Shown here piece after piece: positions 49,501-62,749 of a stretch of DNA of 64,000 nt. Position 1 is the first letter of the stretch. Each line of letters starts with the position of its first letter. Below the pieces are notes generated by a model. That model did no database searches. It had not been told where the DNA came from and worked only from the letters and a program-made list of their open reading frames with translations. Source of the stretch: Protoeuglena noctilucae. Lineage: Eukaryota. The DNA lies in the NCBI GenBank assembly GCA_958009085.1, contig OY253679.1, positions 372,001-436,000 of the forward strand, read 5' to 3'. A program made the position numbers and the translations under genes.

Positions 49501-52500
49501 CCATAGTTATCGTGTCCGTTATCGTTGATGCTTCGCTCGTCCCCCTCGTCGGCGTCCAGTCGCGGCAGGGAGCGACGCGCAACCTCCTCGGCAGCTGCAC
49601 AAGCGGGGAGAGAGGGAGAGTGATATGTGTGTCATATCTATGTAAAAAATATGTCGTGTAACCATTGTTGCATCTACATTATGATGAAACGGCACATCGA
49701 CACACACCACACCACATGCGCTACCACCTCACATCCACACCCGCACTATCAACCCCATTCAACCACCCATCCAGACCCCTCACTGCAGTCACCACTCCCA
49801 CACCCCACCCCACTTCCCCTCACTACCCCACCCACTCCCTAACCCACCCCACCCCACCCCCTCACCCGTGCCCCTCCCCGCCACCCCGCAGCAGGCCTTG
49901 ACGATGCGGAACAACGTCTCAAACATGGCCTCGAATGTCCGACTCTGCACCCGCCTCAGCTCCCCCGCGTCGTGGGTGGCAGCCGCGGCCTCGAAGGCAC
50001 GGTCCACCTCGTCGCGGCGCTTGCGCTTCTTCTCCTTCTGTGGTGAAATGGGAGTGATTGACAGTTGATTAATTGCATTGACTATATAAGTACTCGTAAA
50101 TGACTGTGACCAGGCACGGTCCACCTCGTCGCGACGACAGCCACCCCATCCCCCCCCCCCCTCACCTTCTGCCCCATCTTGCTCATCGCCCACTCTCTCA
50201 TCCCCACTCATTCATTTCTTCATCCCCACTCATCATCCCCCTCACCTTCTTCCCATCCTCACTCATCCAAACCCATCCTCTCAGCCACTCTCACCTTCTG
50301 CCCCTTCTTGCTCATCACCCACATCCCCACTCAACCCTTCACCCACTCATCATCCACCCACCCCCTCACCTTCTGCCCCTTCTTGCTCGTCGCCCTCCCC
50401 CCCTCCTCCTCCCCACCGCCCCCCTTCCCCCCCTCCTCTGCCACCCCCCCCAGCTCCGAATACTCCACTCCACTCAAACACTCCACGGATGAAGCAGGGA
50501 CGTGCCGCACGGACCGGGGAGTGACCCACTTGCCGTTGCGCTTGAAGGGCTTGGGGCGGGAGAGGTAACGACGCACCAGGTCGGCCACCAGCTGCACGGC
50601 CTCCGATTTCACACTGGGGGGAGCGGGGATGGGTGGTATGTTATTATTATAGCCTATATACACATAGTATATAACATTTAATATGCATACAGAGCGCATG
50701 GTGGGCAACCAGCTGCACGGCATCTGATGTGACACGGGGGGGGGGGGAATGGGTGGGTGTTAATATAGTGGATATGATATATGATATATAGAGCGCATAT
50801 GGTGGGCCAGGGTCGGCCACCAGCTGCACTGCGTCCGACCTGACGATAACACAGCCAAAGGGACGGTTGTGACCAGTTTATGAATGGAGGGGTGGCGTGG
50901 TGTGAGGCAGGTTACAAGGCGCTTATTATGCAATATTATAAGCATGAATGTGACTTGTTCATGTGCCCCACTCCAGCTCTCACCGGAAGTCCTGGCACTC
51001 CCTGAGGATGCGCGCCAGTGCCCTCCCCGCGATGTCAGAAACGGCGGCGTCGGAGTCGGGGAGCATGCCCACCACGGCCCTGGGGGGGAGGAGGGGAGGG
51101 GTCACGGTTGATGTCACGGTGTATGCAATAAACAGGTGATCGTTTTGTTTATAGTGAGGTATGAGTATAGATGGTGCATGGCATCAGTAGCCACCGCATA
51201 TGCAACACTGATCATAGTACATAGAACATAACATTAACACTGACAACTCACGTCAGCAGGTCCGACCGGTAGTTGAAGTGCCACAGCGACGCATGCCATT
51301 AAATGCAAGTCCCATCTCTGCCATCTCACCTCAGCAGGTCCGACCGGTAGTTGAAGTGCCACAGCGAGGCGGCCAGCTCCCCCAAGCACTGCGCGGCCGC
51401 CCTTCTCTCCCGGATCTGGCGCCTGGCGACTGACGTCAGGGAACCACGTGGCGCCTGAGTCAGGTCGGACGGGACCACGGGGCCGGGGGGGCGGGGGCCC
51501 AGGGCGGCGCGGAGGGGGTCCAGGTCGACGCGCTGGTTGGCGGCATCCGTCTGAGATGGTGGGGGGGGGGGTAATATGGGTGGCAGTAAGGTGGCAGTGG
51601 GGATGGCAGTGAGGGTGCAACACGAGGCGCAGAGCGTCGTCATTTCGTGCTCCGTGCTGCTCACCAGTGCCCTCAGGTACTGCTGGTACATGGCCACCAA
51701 TCCCAGCTCGAAGTTCCGCAGACGCTTCTGGTCCTGCGATTCAAACACAGGAAGAGGAAGGTAACAAATCACATCCAATCGTTACTTCAAGTATTCATAA
51801 TTTAGAATTCCCACCTGCCTCATCTTGTCTCACCTCGCACAGCTACCATAAGATTCAAATTCGCCCCATGCCCCTCACCTCGCACAGCTGTTTCATAATT
51901 CGAATCTGCCCCACCCCCTCTCCTCTCACCTTGGACAGCTGCCCCTCGGATTCGAATTTGCTGAGGGGCCGCACGTGGTAGCCTGGGGCCACGTCCCGGA
52001 AGACCTTCACCAAAGATGCCATGGCCAGGGCACGGATGCGGGGGTCCTTGTCACGACACAGGGAGACGACGGACCTGAAAGGGGGGGTGTGGCAACAGGG
52101 GTGAGTAGCATGGTGGTGTGGTAACAGGGGGGGTGGCCAGGAGATGACCAGCACAAACCATCACAACACCACCCATATACCCTCACCTCAGCTCCCCCAG
52201 TGCCTCTTCGGGCGCCTGCACCACCGCCTGGCACGCCGCGGCCATCTCCACCCCCAGCTGCTCCCGCCTGACGTCAGGGTCAGAAACGGCCATCGCGGCC
52301 TCGATGCCATCCAACTCGGGGCCGGGGTCGGGACGGGCGGGCTCCTGGGGGGAGGGGGAGGGGGGGTGTGGGGGGTGGTGAGGGTGAGCGTGTGGGGGTA
52401 GGGGCTCCTGGGGGGAGGGGAGAGGGTCTCTGGGGTGGGGGTTGTGTGTGGGTGAGGGGTGTGGGGTGAGGGTGGGGTGGAGTACCGTAGGTGTGAGGGG

Positions 52501-54158
52501 CAGGGAGATGCGTGTATATGGCATGCTGTGGTGAGTGATCATGGCAGATGCGGAGACGCGAGGAGCGAAGACGGCTCGGCACTCCGCACGTCCCTCCTCG
52601 CCCCACACCCCATCCCATCCACCAACCTCCACCCCACCCCCCGCAGTAGCGACATGCACCCCATCCCCGCACCTGTTCTGCCGCCCTCTGCTATCCCCAC
52701 CTGCTCTGCCGCCCTCTGCTATCCCCACCTGCTCTGCCGCCCTCCGCTCGCTGCGCTTCTGGGCCGCCGCCGCTTTCTTCTCCTCCTTCCTCCTCCTCCT
52801 CTCCTCCTTGAGCCTGAGAAGACGAGCGAAGATGTTACCAGATAAGACGGGTAAGATGGCAACACATAGCCCTCTCTCGTAGCCCCACCAGCCCAGCACC
52901 CCCGTGCCACCTCTCCCCATCCTCAGCCACCTGCCCCCATACACCCCTCCCACTCAGAGACCCCACTTTTATTCCCCATTGCACCACTACTCGCCTCTTC
53001 CTCTCCTCGTCCTTGGCCATCTGCTCTAATACACCCTCTCTGCACTGCCACTCACACACCCCACTCTCACTCCCTACTGCACCACCTATTCACCTCTTCC
53101 TCTCCTCGTCCTTTGCCATCTGTTCCTGCACCCGCGCCATCCGCTCGTCCTCCACCACCGTCACCCCCTCCACCGCCACGTCCGAAGCGCGAGCCAGCAC
53201 CGCGCGAGCGCGCGACGTCATCCGAGGAAGCCGCACCACCTCCCCGGCCATCGTCTTGACCGGCAGCGGCGCGGCTGCGTCGTCCTCATCCTCGCCACCC
53301 GCACCCGCACCCGTGCCCGCGCCGGCCATGCGCCGCAGATGGGCCGACTCCAGCCCACCCTCATCCCCGTCGGACTCGGAGCCGCTCTCCGCATCGCCGT
53401 CGTCGTCGCCGTCGCCATCCCCTGCGCTGCTCACGCCATCCCCTGCGCTGCTCACGCCATCCCCTGCGCTGCTCACGCCATGGTCAGTTGTTGCCTCCGG
53501 CCGGCGTCGCTTCTCCGCAGGACCGCGGTCCTCGCGCGGCTCGCTGAGGTACTTGTCGATCGCCTGCAGTAAGGAGATTGTCTCAGGTATCCACAGGGCC
53601 AGTAACGGTGCACATCGCTCGCCGGCGGGGCTCTGGGCGGCACCGCTTCGTCTCACGGAGCGTCGCGCGCCGCGCTGCACCCGCGACACGGGCGCTGCCG
53701 GTCGCGGAGTCGAGAGCAAGAGCATAAGAACCATGCGCCGTGACGCGGGGGCATATCGACGCGCGGGCGCGGCGGGAGGCGTCTCAATGGGACCTCGCGC
53801 CGCACCTTGCTGTCGAGGCGCTCGAGGAACGCGGCGGAGGATCCGTACTCTCGGAGAAACTCAAAGTCCTCATCGTCCACGTCCACGTCATCGTCCGCCA
53901 GCTGCGGAAGTGCCGGCGCGCGCGAGGGGCCCTTCCCCTGCGGGCGCCGAGTCGGAGCGGCTGCTGGAGCTGTCGGGGCCGCGGAGGACAGTGCGCAGCC
54001 CCAGGATGCGCGTGTCGGACTTCTCGCAGCGCATGTGTGACGCATGTGACCACCAGGCCGGCCCATGTCGCCCCAGGCGCGCGGCAGCGCCCGCGGGCTG
54101 CACGCGGCCCGGGCGCTGGCCGCACCTCGCGGGCCGCCTCCCTGGCCTTCTTCCCCAT
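46555..54158 (-). CDS. NOC3: Nucleolar complex protein 3 homolog, about 20 exons
   Basis: DVDDEDFEFL, LPVKT, SLVKVFRDVAPGYHVRPLS, LRNFELGLVAMYQQYL, HFNYRSDLL, EAVQLVADLV, FETLFRIVK, RLAAFCKR. Confidence 0.92.
53412..53480 (-). repeat. 21-bp in-frame tandem repeat x3 in a NOC3 exon (DGVSSAG)
   Basis: cgccatcccctgcgctgctca repeated on the plus strand. Confidence 0.9.
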
Positions 54159-54501
54159 CCCGGTGGTCTTCTTTCAATCCGTAAATATGGTCTGGATACC
54201 GGCGAGCGGCCGAGCTGATGCGAGCGAGGCGCGCCCGGGTGCACCAGGAGGCCTGACGGGCGCCCGAGTGCCAGAGCCAGGCCCTCACGAGGAGAGGCGC
54301 CCGGCCGCTGCCAGACCGCCTCAGTACGGCTACGCGCGTGTCAGGGCGGGAATTGCGAGCCGGGGCACAAGTGTCTCGCGCGAAGCTGCCGTGCAACCCT
54401 AATGTGGCCGCCTGGGTGCGCTACCGGGGCTCCGCTGCTTCGATAATTGCGGTTCACGGGCATCTCTTGGCCTGGCGTCCCCCCTGGTGACCCCGCTGGC
54501 C

Positions 54502-57500
54502 ATGGTCGAGCAGCGAGGGACCCCGGACGCGCAGGCGCAGGCGCAGGCGCAGGCGCAAGCGCAGGCGCAGTGGCATGCGCAAGTGTCTGCAGCCATGGCC
54601 ACCTACGGCCACCACCCCGCGCAAGGGCTGCCGGCCCAGCTCGGCGTCGCAGGCAAGGCTCCGGTCCCCGCGCGCGGGCGCCTCCGCGGGGGGTGATGCG
54701 TGTCGCGTTTTGATCGGGATCGGGAAGGGACGCGCATGTGCGATGGCATCGCGCAGGAGGGGCTTCGCAGGGCCCTTGGGTGCGTGGGGTTGTGCCCCGT
54801 TGCAGCCCGCTCTGCGGCGCAGCGGATCAGTTTCGTGGAGCTGTTTCGACACCCGCGGGGGGTCCCGGGAGGCCTGAGGCGCGGCCGGGCCCTCAGGCGC
54901 CGTCCGTCCAGTTCAGGGCCCGCCCGGGCCTTCCGGGGCCGCCTTTCGCTCCCGTGTTAGGTCCAGCTTAGATCGCGCGCGTCGGATCGCCCTACGCGCC
55001 TGCTGGTTGTGCCGGGGCGGCGCGGCTCGCCGGCAAGGGGCAAGTTTGGCGGGAGGCGCGCCCGGCTCGCATTTGGCTCGTCGACCGCCCGTGACGCTGC
55101 CGCGGATCGCGCATTTCGCCCGAGATGAGCAAGTGCGCACGCGGCGCGACCGTGTCTGTCAGGCGTCCCGTCGTCTTCCATTCGCAGGGGTTCAGTGGGT
55201 TCCGAACGCCGCGAGCGGCGCCTATGGAGCTCACATGCACGCACTGTCGTCCTCCTCGCACGGCCAGCAAATCGCCTACCAGGCGCCGCAGCTGCCGACT
55301 CAGGCGAGGGGACGGGCGTTCGACATTGCCATGCCACGCCGGCGCCGGGCGCGAGCGCGCCCCCGCCGCGCCCCGGCGCCGCCCGGCCCGGCATCCATCA
55401 CTCAAACGAAACCGCCCGACGCCCGCGTCTTGCCCGCAGGCCTACGCGATGGCCTCCGTGCCCGTGATGTCGCCGCTGGTGCTTGCGGCCCCCGGCGCAG
55501 GTGCGCTGCTCGGCCTTCGTCCCCCGGCTCTCTTCGCATCGTATATTCAACCCTTTCGCTCCGTCCAGCAGCCCCACAGACCTCCCCGCGAGCCCTTTCC
55601 GCAGTGTACAACCAGCACAACGCGGCCATGCTCGCCCAGGCGGGCGGCCACCCCGGCGCCGCGGCCTTCTACGGCGGAGCGTCCCAGGGCATCCCGATGA
55701 TGGCACCGGGCCAGTACGCCTTCGCACCGTATCAGCAAGTCGTGCACCTGGTCCCGCAAGCCGCCGTCTCGCAAGGGCAGGCCTCGGATCACTCCGCCCC
55801 GCCCTCCACGGGCAAGGGGCGCGCGTCTATCGGCGGATCCGACACCTCTGACGCCGGCCTGCGCACCACGCAGTCCGGAGACGCAGACGTCTACAAGTGA
55901 GCGCGGCATGCCCAGCATGGGGCGCTTTTGGCTGGAGAGAGATGGCGGGGGAATGGCTGATGTTGCGGCATGCCGCCTGTGCCGCCCGCCTCGCTACCCT
56001 CACCACCTCGCTCGTCGCCCTACATGTACCATTGCCACCCACTTCGCCACGCGCACCACCACCCCTGTCGCCTTCCCCTCACCACCGCCCCCGCCTCGCC
56101 ACCCCCGCAGCATGGCCGTCCTTCGGGAGTTACGCCGGTCGACCTCCACCGCGGACCGGTCCAACAGCAGCCACGCCTCCGCGCCGGGCCGGACCAAGGA
56201 GCACCACAGTGGCTCGGGCTTCACGCCCACCCCGCCCCCGCCGCCGCCCCCCGCCGGCCCTGCCCCGCCCGCTGCGCCCGCCCACGGCTACCCGTCGGCG
56301 TACCCCGGCGTCGGCAGCAACACCCTGCGCTACTCCGCGGTGCAGTCGGCCCGACAGTCCATGGACGGCCTCAACACCGACCCAGGGTCCCTCGACCCCA
56401 ACTACGGTGGCGCCGGCCCCAACCGCGCCCACCGGAACCCCTCAGGCTCCGCCGCCGCCACCGCCTCGGCGGTCCACACGGGGTGGCACGCGGGCCACGG
56501 GCAGCCCCGCGCGACGTCCTCCGCATGGCCTCCCTTGGCCGGGCTCCTGCAGGCGGCGGCCAGCCAGGGCGCGCCGGTGGGTCCGGGGGTGCCAGCCGCC
56601 GCCGGAGCGCCCGCCGCGTACGCCTACCGCCCCGTGCCGGCGGATGAGGACAGCTCCTCGAACCAATCCGCGCCCAGGGGCTCCGGGCCCGGCCGGTCGA
56701 GCCGCCGGGGGTCGGGGCACGGCGGCGGGCCCGGGAGGGAGGCGGCGACGGGCGGCGCGGCGTACGGGGCCGCGATGGGCGGGTCCCGGCACGCGCAGGG
56801 GGTGGGCGCGGGCCCGGGGACGGACTGGGGCTATGCGGGGGCGCATGTGATGGGGGCATCGGGTGGCGGGGCGGTCGCTGGGGCACCTGCCCCTGGCCCG
56901 GTGGGGATGCCGCACCCCGCGATGCACGCGCAGGCGACGCCGCAGATGCGCCCGCCGCCCCCGACGCAGCCGGCACCCCAGGCGCAGGCCCAGGGGGGTC
57001 ACTACGCAACAACACATGCAGCACCGCACGCCCCCGCTGCTGCCGCCCCGCCGCGGGCCCAGGCGCCGGCCGCCCCGCTGCCGCAGTCGGGCATGCCGGT
57101 GTCGTCGATGCCGCAGCGCGCGCCGACGCACGCCGCGCCTCCGCCGCAGCACCCCGGGCTGCAGCGCGAGTGGCAGGGCCCAGGGGGTGCAGGGGGTGCG
57201 GGGTCTGAGTGGCCGGCACCCGGGGCGACGAGCCCGGGGGCGATGGGCCCCGACAGCGGGGCGCAGGGCCAGGGGTGGGGCGGGCGCGTGAACGGCCGCG
57301 GCCGCGACCGCGCGTGGGGTGGCAACGCGGGGCACGGCAAGCGAGGGGGTGTGGCAGGCGCGGGCGGACCTCCCCCGGAGCCACGCATCAGCGGCGGCGG
57401 CAACGTACCCGGCGGCCCGTTCCCGCCCCCGCCACCTCCTCCCGGCCCCGCGTTTGGCGGCGGCTCAGCCCGCCAGTCCTTCGACGGCGCATCGACCCCA

Positions 57501-60469
57501 GCGGGCCCCAGCGCCCCCACCCCACCTACCTCCGCGCCGCCGGCCTACCCCCCGCCGATGGGCCCTGCTCCCGGCGCGGGGTCTGCGCCGGCCTGGGGTG
57601 CGCAGCCGGGGCCGGGCTACCCCCCCCGCCCGGGTGCGAACCGCCTGCCCCTGCCAGTCGACGCGACGCAGCCCCGGGGCGCCTACGCTGACGCCGGGAT
57701 GGGCGCCCGCAGTCCCGGGGCGGGGATGCGGGGGCCGGGGGGCGGCCCTGGGCCGGCTGCGTTTGGCGCGCCTCCCCCGGGGCACCCGGTGTTTGCGCCT
57801 GACGACCGCATTTCGAGCATGGGTGAGCGATGAGTGCTGGCGTGGTGGGGAGCACGAAGTCATGTCTGGGTTCTTGTCTGTGTCTCTTGCTGCCTCGTTG
57901 TGGGTGAGGGGGGTGGCTCGGCAGCCCCCCACAGCACCCTACGCTGCGACATGCACTGTAGAACCACCCACCGTCGCCCCATCCCTGCCGCAGTCGGCCA
58001 GGCCGGCCACCTCTCCGCCAAAATGTCCAAGACTCGCATCGGGCAGCACAGGCAGGACCGGATGAACCGCGGCGGGCCCAGGGGCAACGAGGGGCGGGGC
58101 GGGAGGCGCGACGACGCGGGTGATGGGCGCGGCGGGAGGGGCAGCTGGGGCGTGGTGGATGACAGGTCGAGGAGGGACGGTCAGATGGACGAGCCGAACG
58201 AGGCTGTGAGGATAAGCGAGGAGTTTGAGTCACGGATGTCGCATCCTGTCATAAGTCGCTCACTCACCCTCACACCCACCCTCGCTGCACCTCACCTCAC
58301 CACCCACCCTCACTGCACCTCACCCCACCCCATTCCCCCCACACGCAGGTCGAGAGGGCCCGCGAGGCCCTGGAGAAGGCCCGGGCCAAGGCCCAGGCGG
58401 AGTTCGGCAACCGCCGCATGCGCGCCAACCCCGCGGCCGTCGACGCCGAGCTCGCTTCCCTGGTCGCCGCGCTCGAGCCGACGGATGAAGACCGCCGGCG
58501 GCTCGCGGACGCCCACGGCGCCGTGCAGCGCATCGTGGGGTTGATCCTGCCGGGTGCCGAGGTGGCGGTTTTTGGGTCGGCCGCCAACGGACTGGGCGTG
58601 CGTTCCGGGAACGACATCGACCTCACCATCCTCGCCCCGGTGCTCTGGGCGCTGCCGCACGGCGATCCGGCCCCGCGCGCGAGCGCCGGGGAGGCCGTGG
58701 AGGTGCGGATGGAGGCGGTGGGGGCGGGGGTGGCGGTGTCGGTGCGCGCGAGAAACGGCGCGGGGGCGGGGGCGGCGGACGCCCCGGGCGGCGACGACGA
58801 GCGGCTGCGGTGGCCGGCGGAGGAGTTCGCGCGCGCGGTGCACCTGGCCGGGCACCTGCTGGCAGGCCACGTGCGGGTGGGCGACGTGGGCGCGGCGTCG
58901 GGCCCCGCCCCCGCGGTGTCTCCCCAGGAGGCCGCGGCTCTTGGGGGGATCGGGAAGGGCGGCCGCAGTCCCCGGACGGAGGGGCACGCGCGTCTGCTGG
59001 CGGCGCTGTTGGAGCGGCTCAGCCGGTGCGGGGAGATGCAAGTTGTGCTGGAGCTCATGTGAGTGACTGAGGGAGGGGATGGGGAGAGCGGCAATGCTTA
59101 ACTTGTACATGAGCCATGCTCATGTGAGTGACTGGGCAAGGAGGGTGGGCGGCACCTGCATTCCAAATACATGCTCACCACCCCTCCCACCTCCCCGCCC
59201 CCATACCTCCCCACCGCCTTTTCACCCCCTCCCCACCCCTCTCACCCCTCACCCACCCTTCCTTCCCCAGCACGGCCCGCATCCCCGTCTTGAAGCTCCG
59301 CCACGTCCCCACGGGCGTGACGATCGACCTGACGGTCAACAACTACCTGGCCCTTTCCAACACGCGCCTGCTCCACCAGTACACGTCGATCGACCCCCGC
59401 GCCAGGCACCTCTGCCTCATCGTCAAGCACTGGGCCAAGAGGCGGGCGGTGAACGAGCCCTTCCGCGGCACGCTGTCGTCCTACGCCTACGTCATCATGT
59501 GCATCCACCTGCTGCAGACGCGCCGGCCGCCCGTGCTGCCGTGCCTGCAAGACGGAGACCACGAGCCCGTGATGGTCGACGGGTGGGACGTCTGGCACAA
59601 GGCGAGGGGCTGCGCTGCGGGGAGAGGGGTGGTGGGGGAGCTGCGGAAGAGTGCTGGTACTGTCCTGTCACACATGTACCCTCACTGCCCTGCCACCCCC
59701 ACTGCCACCACCACTCTCACCCTCACCCTCACCGACACTGCCACCCCCGCTGCCACCCTCACCCTCCCTACTGCCACCCTCCCCTCCCCCGCAGCCAGCC
59801 TGCGAGGCCCTGGCCGCCTTCGACCCCTCCCGCAACACCCAGTCGCTCTCCTCGCTGCTGTTCGACTTCTTCAAATACTGGCACGTGGAGCACGACTACT
59901 GGAACGACGTGGCGACGATCCGCGTCCCTGGGGGGTCGCTGACCAAGGAGGCCAAGCGGTGGGACAGGCGCGTGGGTGTCGACAACCACCGGCTGTGCGT
60001 GGAGGACCCCTTCCAGCTCGACCACAACCTCGCCAGGGTCGTGGACAAGAGCAGTTTGAGGGCCATCCAAAGGGAGATCCGCAGCGCGCTGGCCGTCTTG
60101 TGGTGAGCCAGCGCCGTATAAGCGGGGTGACGGGAATGGGGTATGGTTACGGTGCGGTCGAACGGTGTTGTTAGTCATGTGGGGAGTGCCTGAAGGGCAG
60201 GGTGGGATGCGACGTGTTGCGTGGATGCCGGATGTATTGCTCGCAGGTAGTACTCCCCTTCTTCCCCCCTTCCTGCCCCACACCCAACGTCACCCCACAC
60301 CCCACCTCGCCCAACCTCTTGCCGCCCCCATCGCCGCAGTGACCTCGAGGACCCCCTCCCGAAGCTTTTTGAGGAGTTCGCCTTGATGCGGGGCCCCATG
60401 CACCACAACAACCACAGCCACAACCACAACCACAACCAAAACCGCAACGGCCAACGGTGGCAGTCGTGA
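54502..60469 (+). CDS. URT1: URT1/Cid1-type terminal uridylyltransferase with very long disordered N-terminus, about 10 exons
   Basis: [80 protein letters not shown]; last exon 60340-60469 ([13 protein letters not shown]...). Upstream P/G/A-rich exons join in compatible phases (joining inferred). Confidence 0.88.
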
Positions 60470-61537
60470 GAGAGGGGCTGCCTACGGGTGACGGTGGTGG
60501 TGGTGGTGGTGGTCTCGCCGGGCCGCGTCGATGAGACGAGGCAACGCCTCTCCGTCGTGTGACACCCACGGTGGCTCAAGCGTGCCCAGCCACGGCCTCA
60601 CGCCCGCATCGCAAGCTGCACCCCAGGAACAAGGGCCTGGGTGGTGGCGTGCCACGCCACCTCCCTGGCTCGCCCCACTCCCCCTGCCCCCTGGCGCGTG
60701 CTGTCCCTCACTTCGCCGCCCCACCCCGCCCGTCCCATCCTGCGTGTCCCTTCCTCCTAGCCCCACCCACGACCCCTCCTCTCGCGCTCCCGCCCCTCTG
60801 CCCTCCCCTCGTAGCCCCCAACGCCCCCCGCCCGGTCGCCAGTCCTCGGGGCCACCGTTCCCGTCTGGGTCAACACCCTGGTAGGGTAGGGGTGATCGTC
60901 CGTTGCCGGGTGCCGCCCACGCTCCCCGGGCCTCGACGGCCGTGGCATGATCCGGACAGCCTCGCCCCGTCGCTGGGCCCTTGCATTGGCCCGCGTGTGC
61001 CAGTGCGGTCCAACCCCGCGCTTTGCGCCCTTCCCGGCGGCCTGCGGTGGATTGCAACGCCCCCCGGGCCCCCGTCTATGCGGGCGCGATTGTGCGTGGC
61101 GCCCTCTATGCGGCTGCTAGTCTGCACCCGGTCCATTGACTGCGTCACGACGGGCGCCGGCTTCCGTGCCTCCATTGCCTGAGCCCCTTTCCCGTGTTAG
61201 CCCTTCGAGCCCTCTTGTTCCCCCATTGGCGGCAACAACAGCACGCAATTCCCACCCTTTCGTCGGCCCTACGTTCACTCCTCAAGCCATTGTGAATTTC
61301 ATCGAACCAGACAGCGTAACGGACCGCAGCGTTCAAACCTCCCCGGATCTCGATGCGAGGCGAGGGACGGGGAAGGCAGCACCGCAATGTAGCGTGACCG
61401 GCGCGTTGGCTGAAAGGTGGCGATAGGGAAACAGCAGCTCGGGGCCGTGTGCCAAACACGAGCGTCAAAGACAAAACATCCACCAATCGAGTTCAGCCCA
61501 GCGATGCCGGGCCACCCTTGTAATCAGTCAGACGCAC

Positions 61538-62749
61538 TCAGTAGGGGGCGTACCGCTGCGTGGTGCGGTGGCCGCCCATGCCCCGCCCAGGCGCACCGTA
61601 CGCGCCGTACAGGGGAGAGCCGTACCCGCGCCCAGGGCCCCCGCTGTGGGCGGGGCTCCCCAGGGCCGACCCCACCGGGCTGGCGCCCCCACTGCCCCGC
61701 GCCCCGCCACTCCCGCCCAGCGGGCCGAAGCTTCCCGGAGCCCCACGCGCGCCGCCGCGGCCACCGGGGCCAGGCGCGAGGCGCGCCCCCGTTCGGACCA
61801 GCAGGCCACGGTCGGGCTGCAGGAGGGGTGAACCCACACACTGGGCAACCGCGCTGGCGCCCAGGCCACGCGGGTGCGCGCGCCCGGGCCAGCCCCGTAC
61901 CGGCGAGGCGTCACTCGCAGCTCACCTTGGCCAGTCGGACCTGCACGGCGCACTCTCGCACGCGGGCCGGGTCGCGGGCGTGCGCCTCGACCGCGGCGAC
62001 GGCCGACGAGCGCTCGGCGAAGTGGACGAAGGCGAAGTCGGCACGCGGGCCGTTGGGCAGGGAGACGCGCTCGATGGCGCCGAAGGGCGCGAGGAGGGCT
62101 GTGAGGTCGGCCTCGGTCGTGCCGGCCGGCAGGCCCGACACGTGGACGGCGCGGACCGACTGTGCGGCGCGCTCGTAGGCGGCGGAGCGGGGCTCGGCCC
62201 AGTCGGCGGCGAGGGTGCGGCCGCCGGAGGCCACGGCGCCGGAGGCGAGGAGCGAGAGAGCGTGGCGTGCGTGGTCGGGCTGGCGGAACAGGACGAAGCC
62301 GCAGCCTCGGCTGCGCGCGCCGCCCGGCGCGAGGAGAACCTCAACATTCTCGATGCCATCGACACCGGCGGCCTCGAGCGCCGCACGGACGTCGGCGCTC
62401 TGTGGTGGGGCGGCCAGCGGCTGTGAGCCCGGGGCTCGCGCGCGGGCCTCTGCGTTCGGGCAAGCGCCCGCCGCCTCTGCGACGCCTCGCCGCACCTGGA
62501 AGGCGAAGGGCAGCGAGCGGACGAACAGCTTGCGGCCGCTCGACGACGCAGGCCCCGCGAAAGCGGGCAGGTCGCTCCCTACCGCGCCCACGCGGGCTTG
62601 CGGCACCGCCTGCAGCGTCAGGTGACTCAGCAATGGAGATGTCTGAGAAGGAGCAGGGCCCGGGCCGCGGGCGAAGCGCGGTCATGGGCGCCCACCTCGA
62701 GGCCGAACGAGAGGGCCGCGGCGGGCATGTTGACCTCCGTCAGAGTCAT
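61538..62749 (-). CDS. Two-RRM RNA-binding protein (hnRNP Q/R-like) with C-terminal PY-NLS-like end
   Basis: RKLFVRSLP, SRGCGFVLF, ADWAEP, VRAVHVSGLP, DFAFVHFAERSSAVAAV; ends QRYAPY*. Start uncertain, may lie further upstream. Confidence 0.85.
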
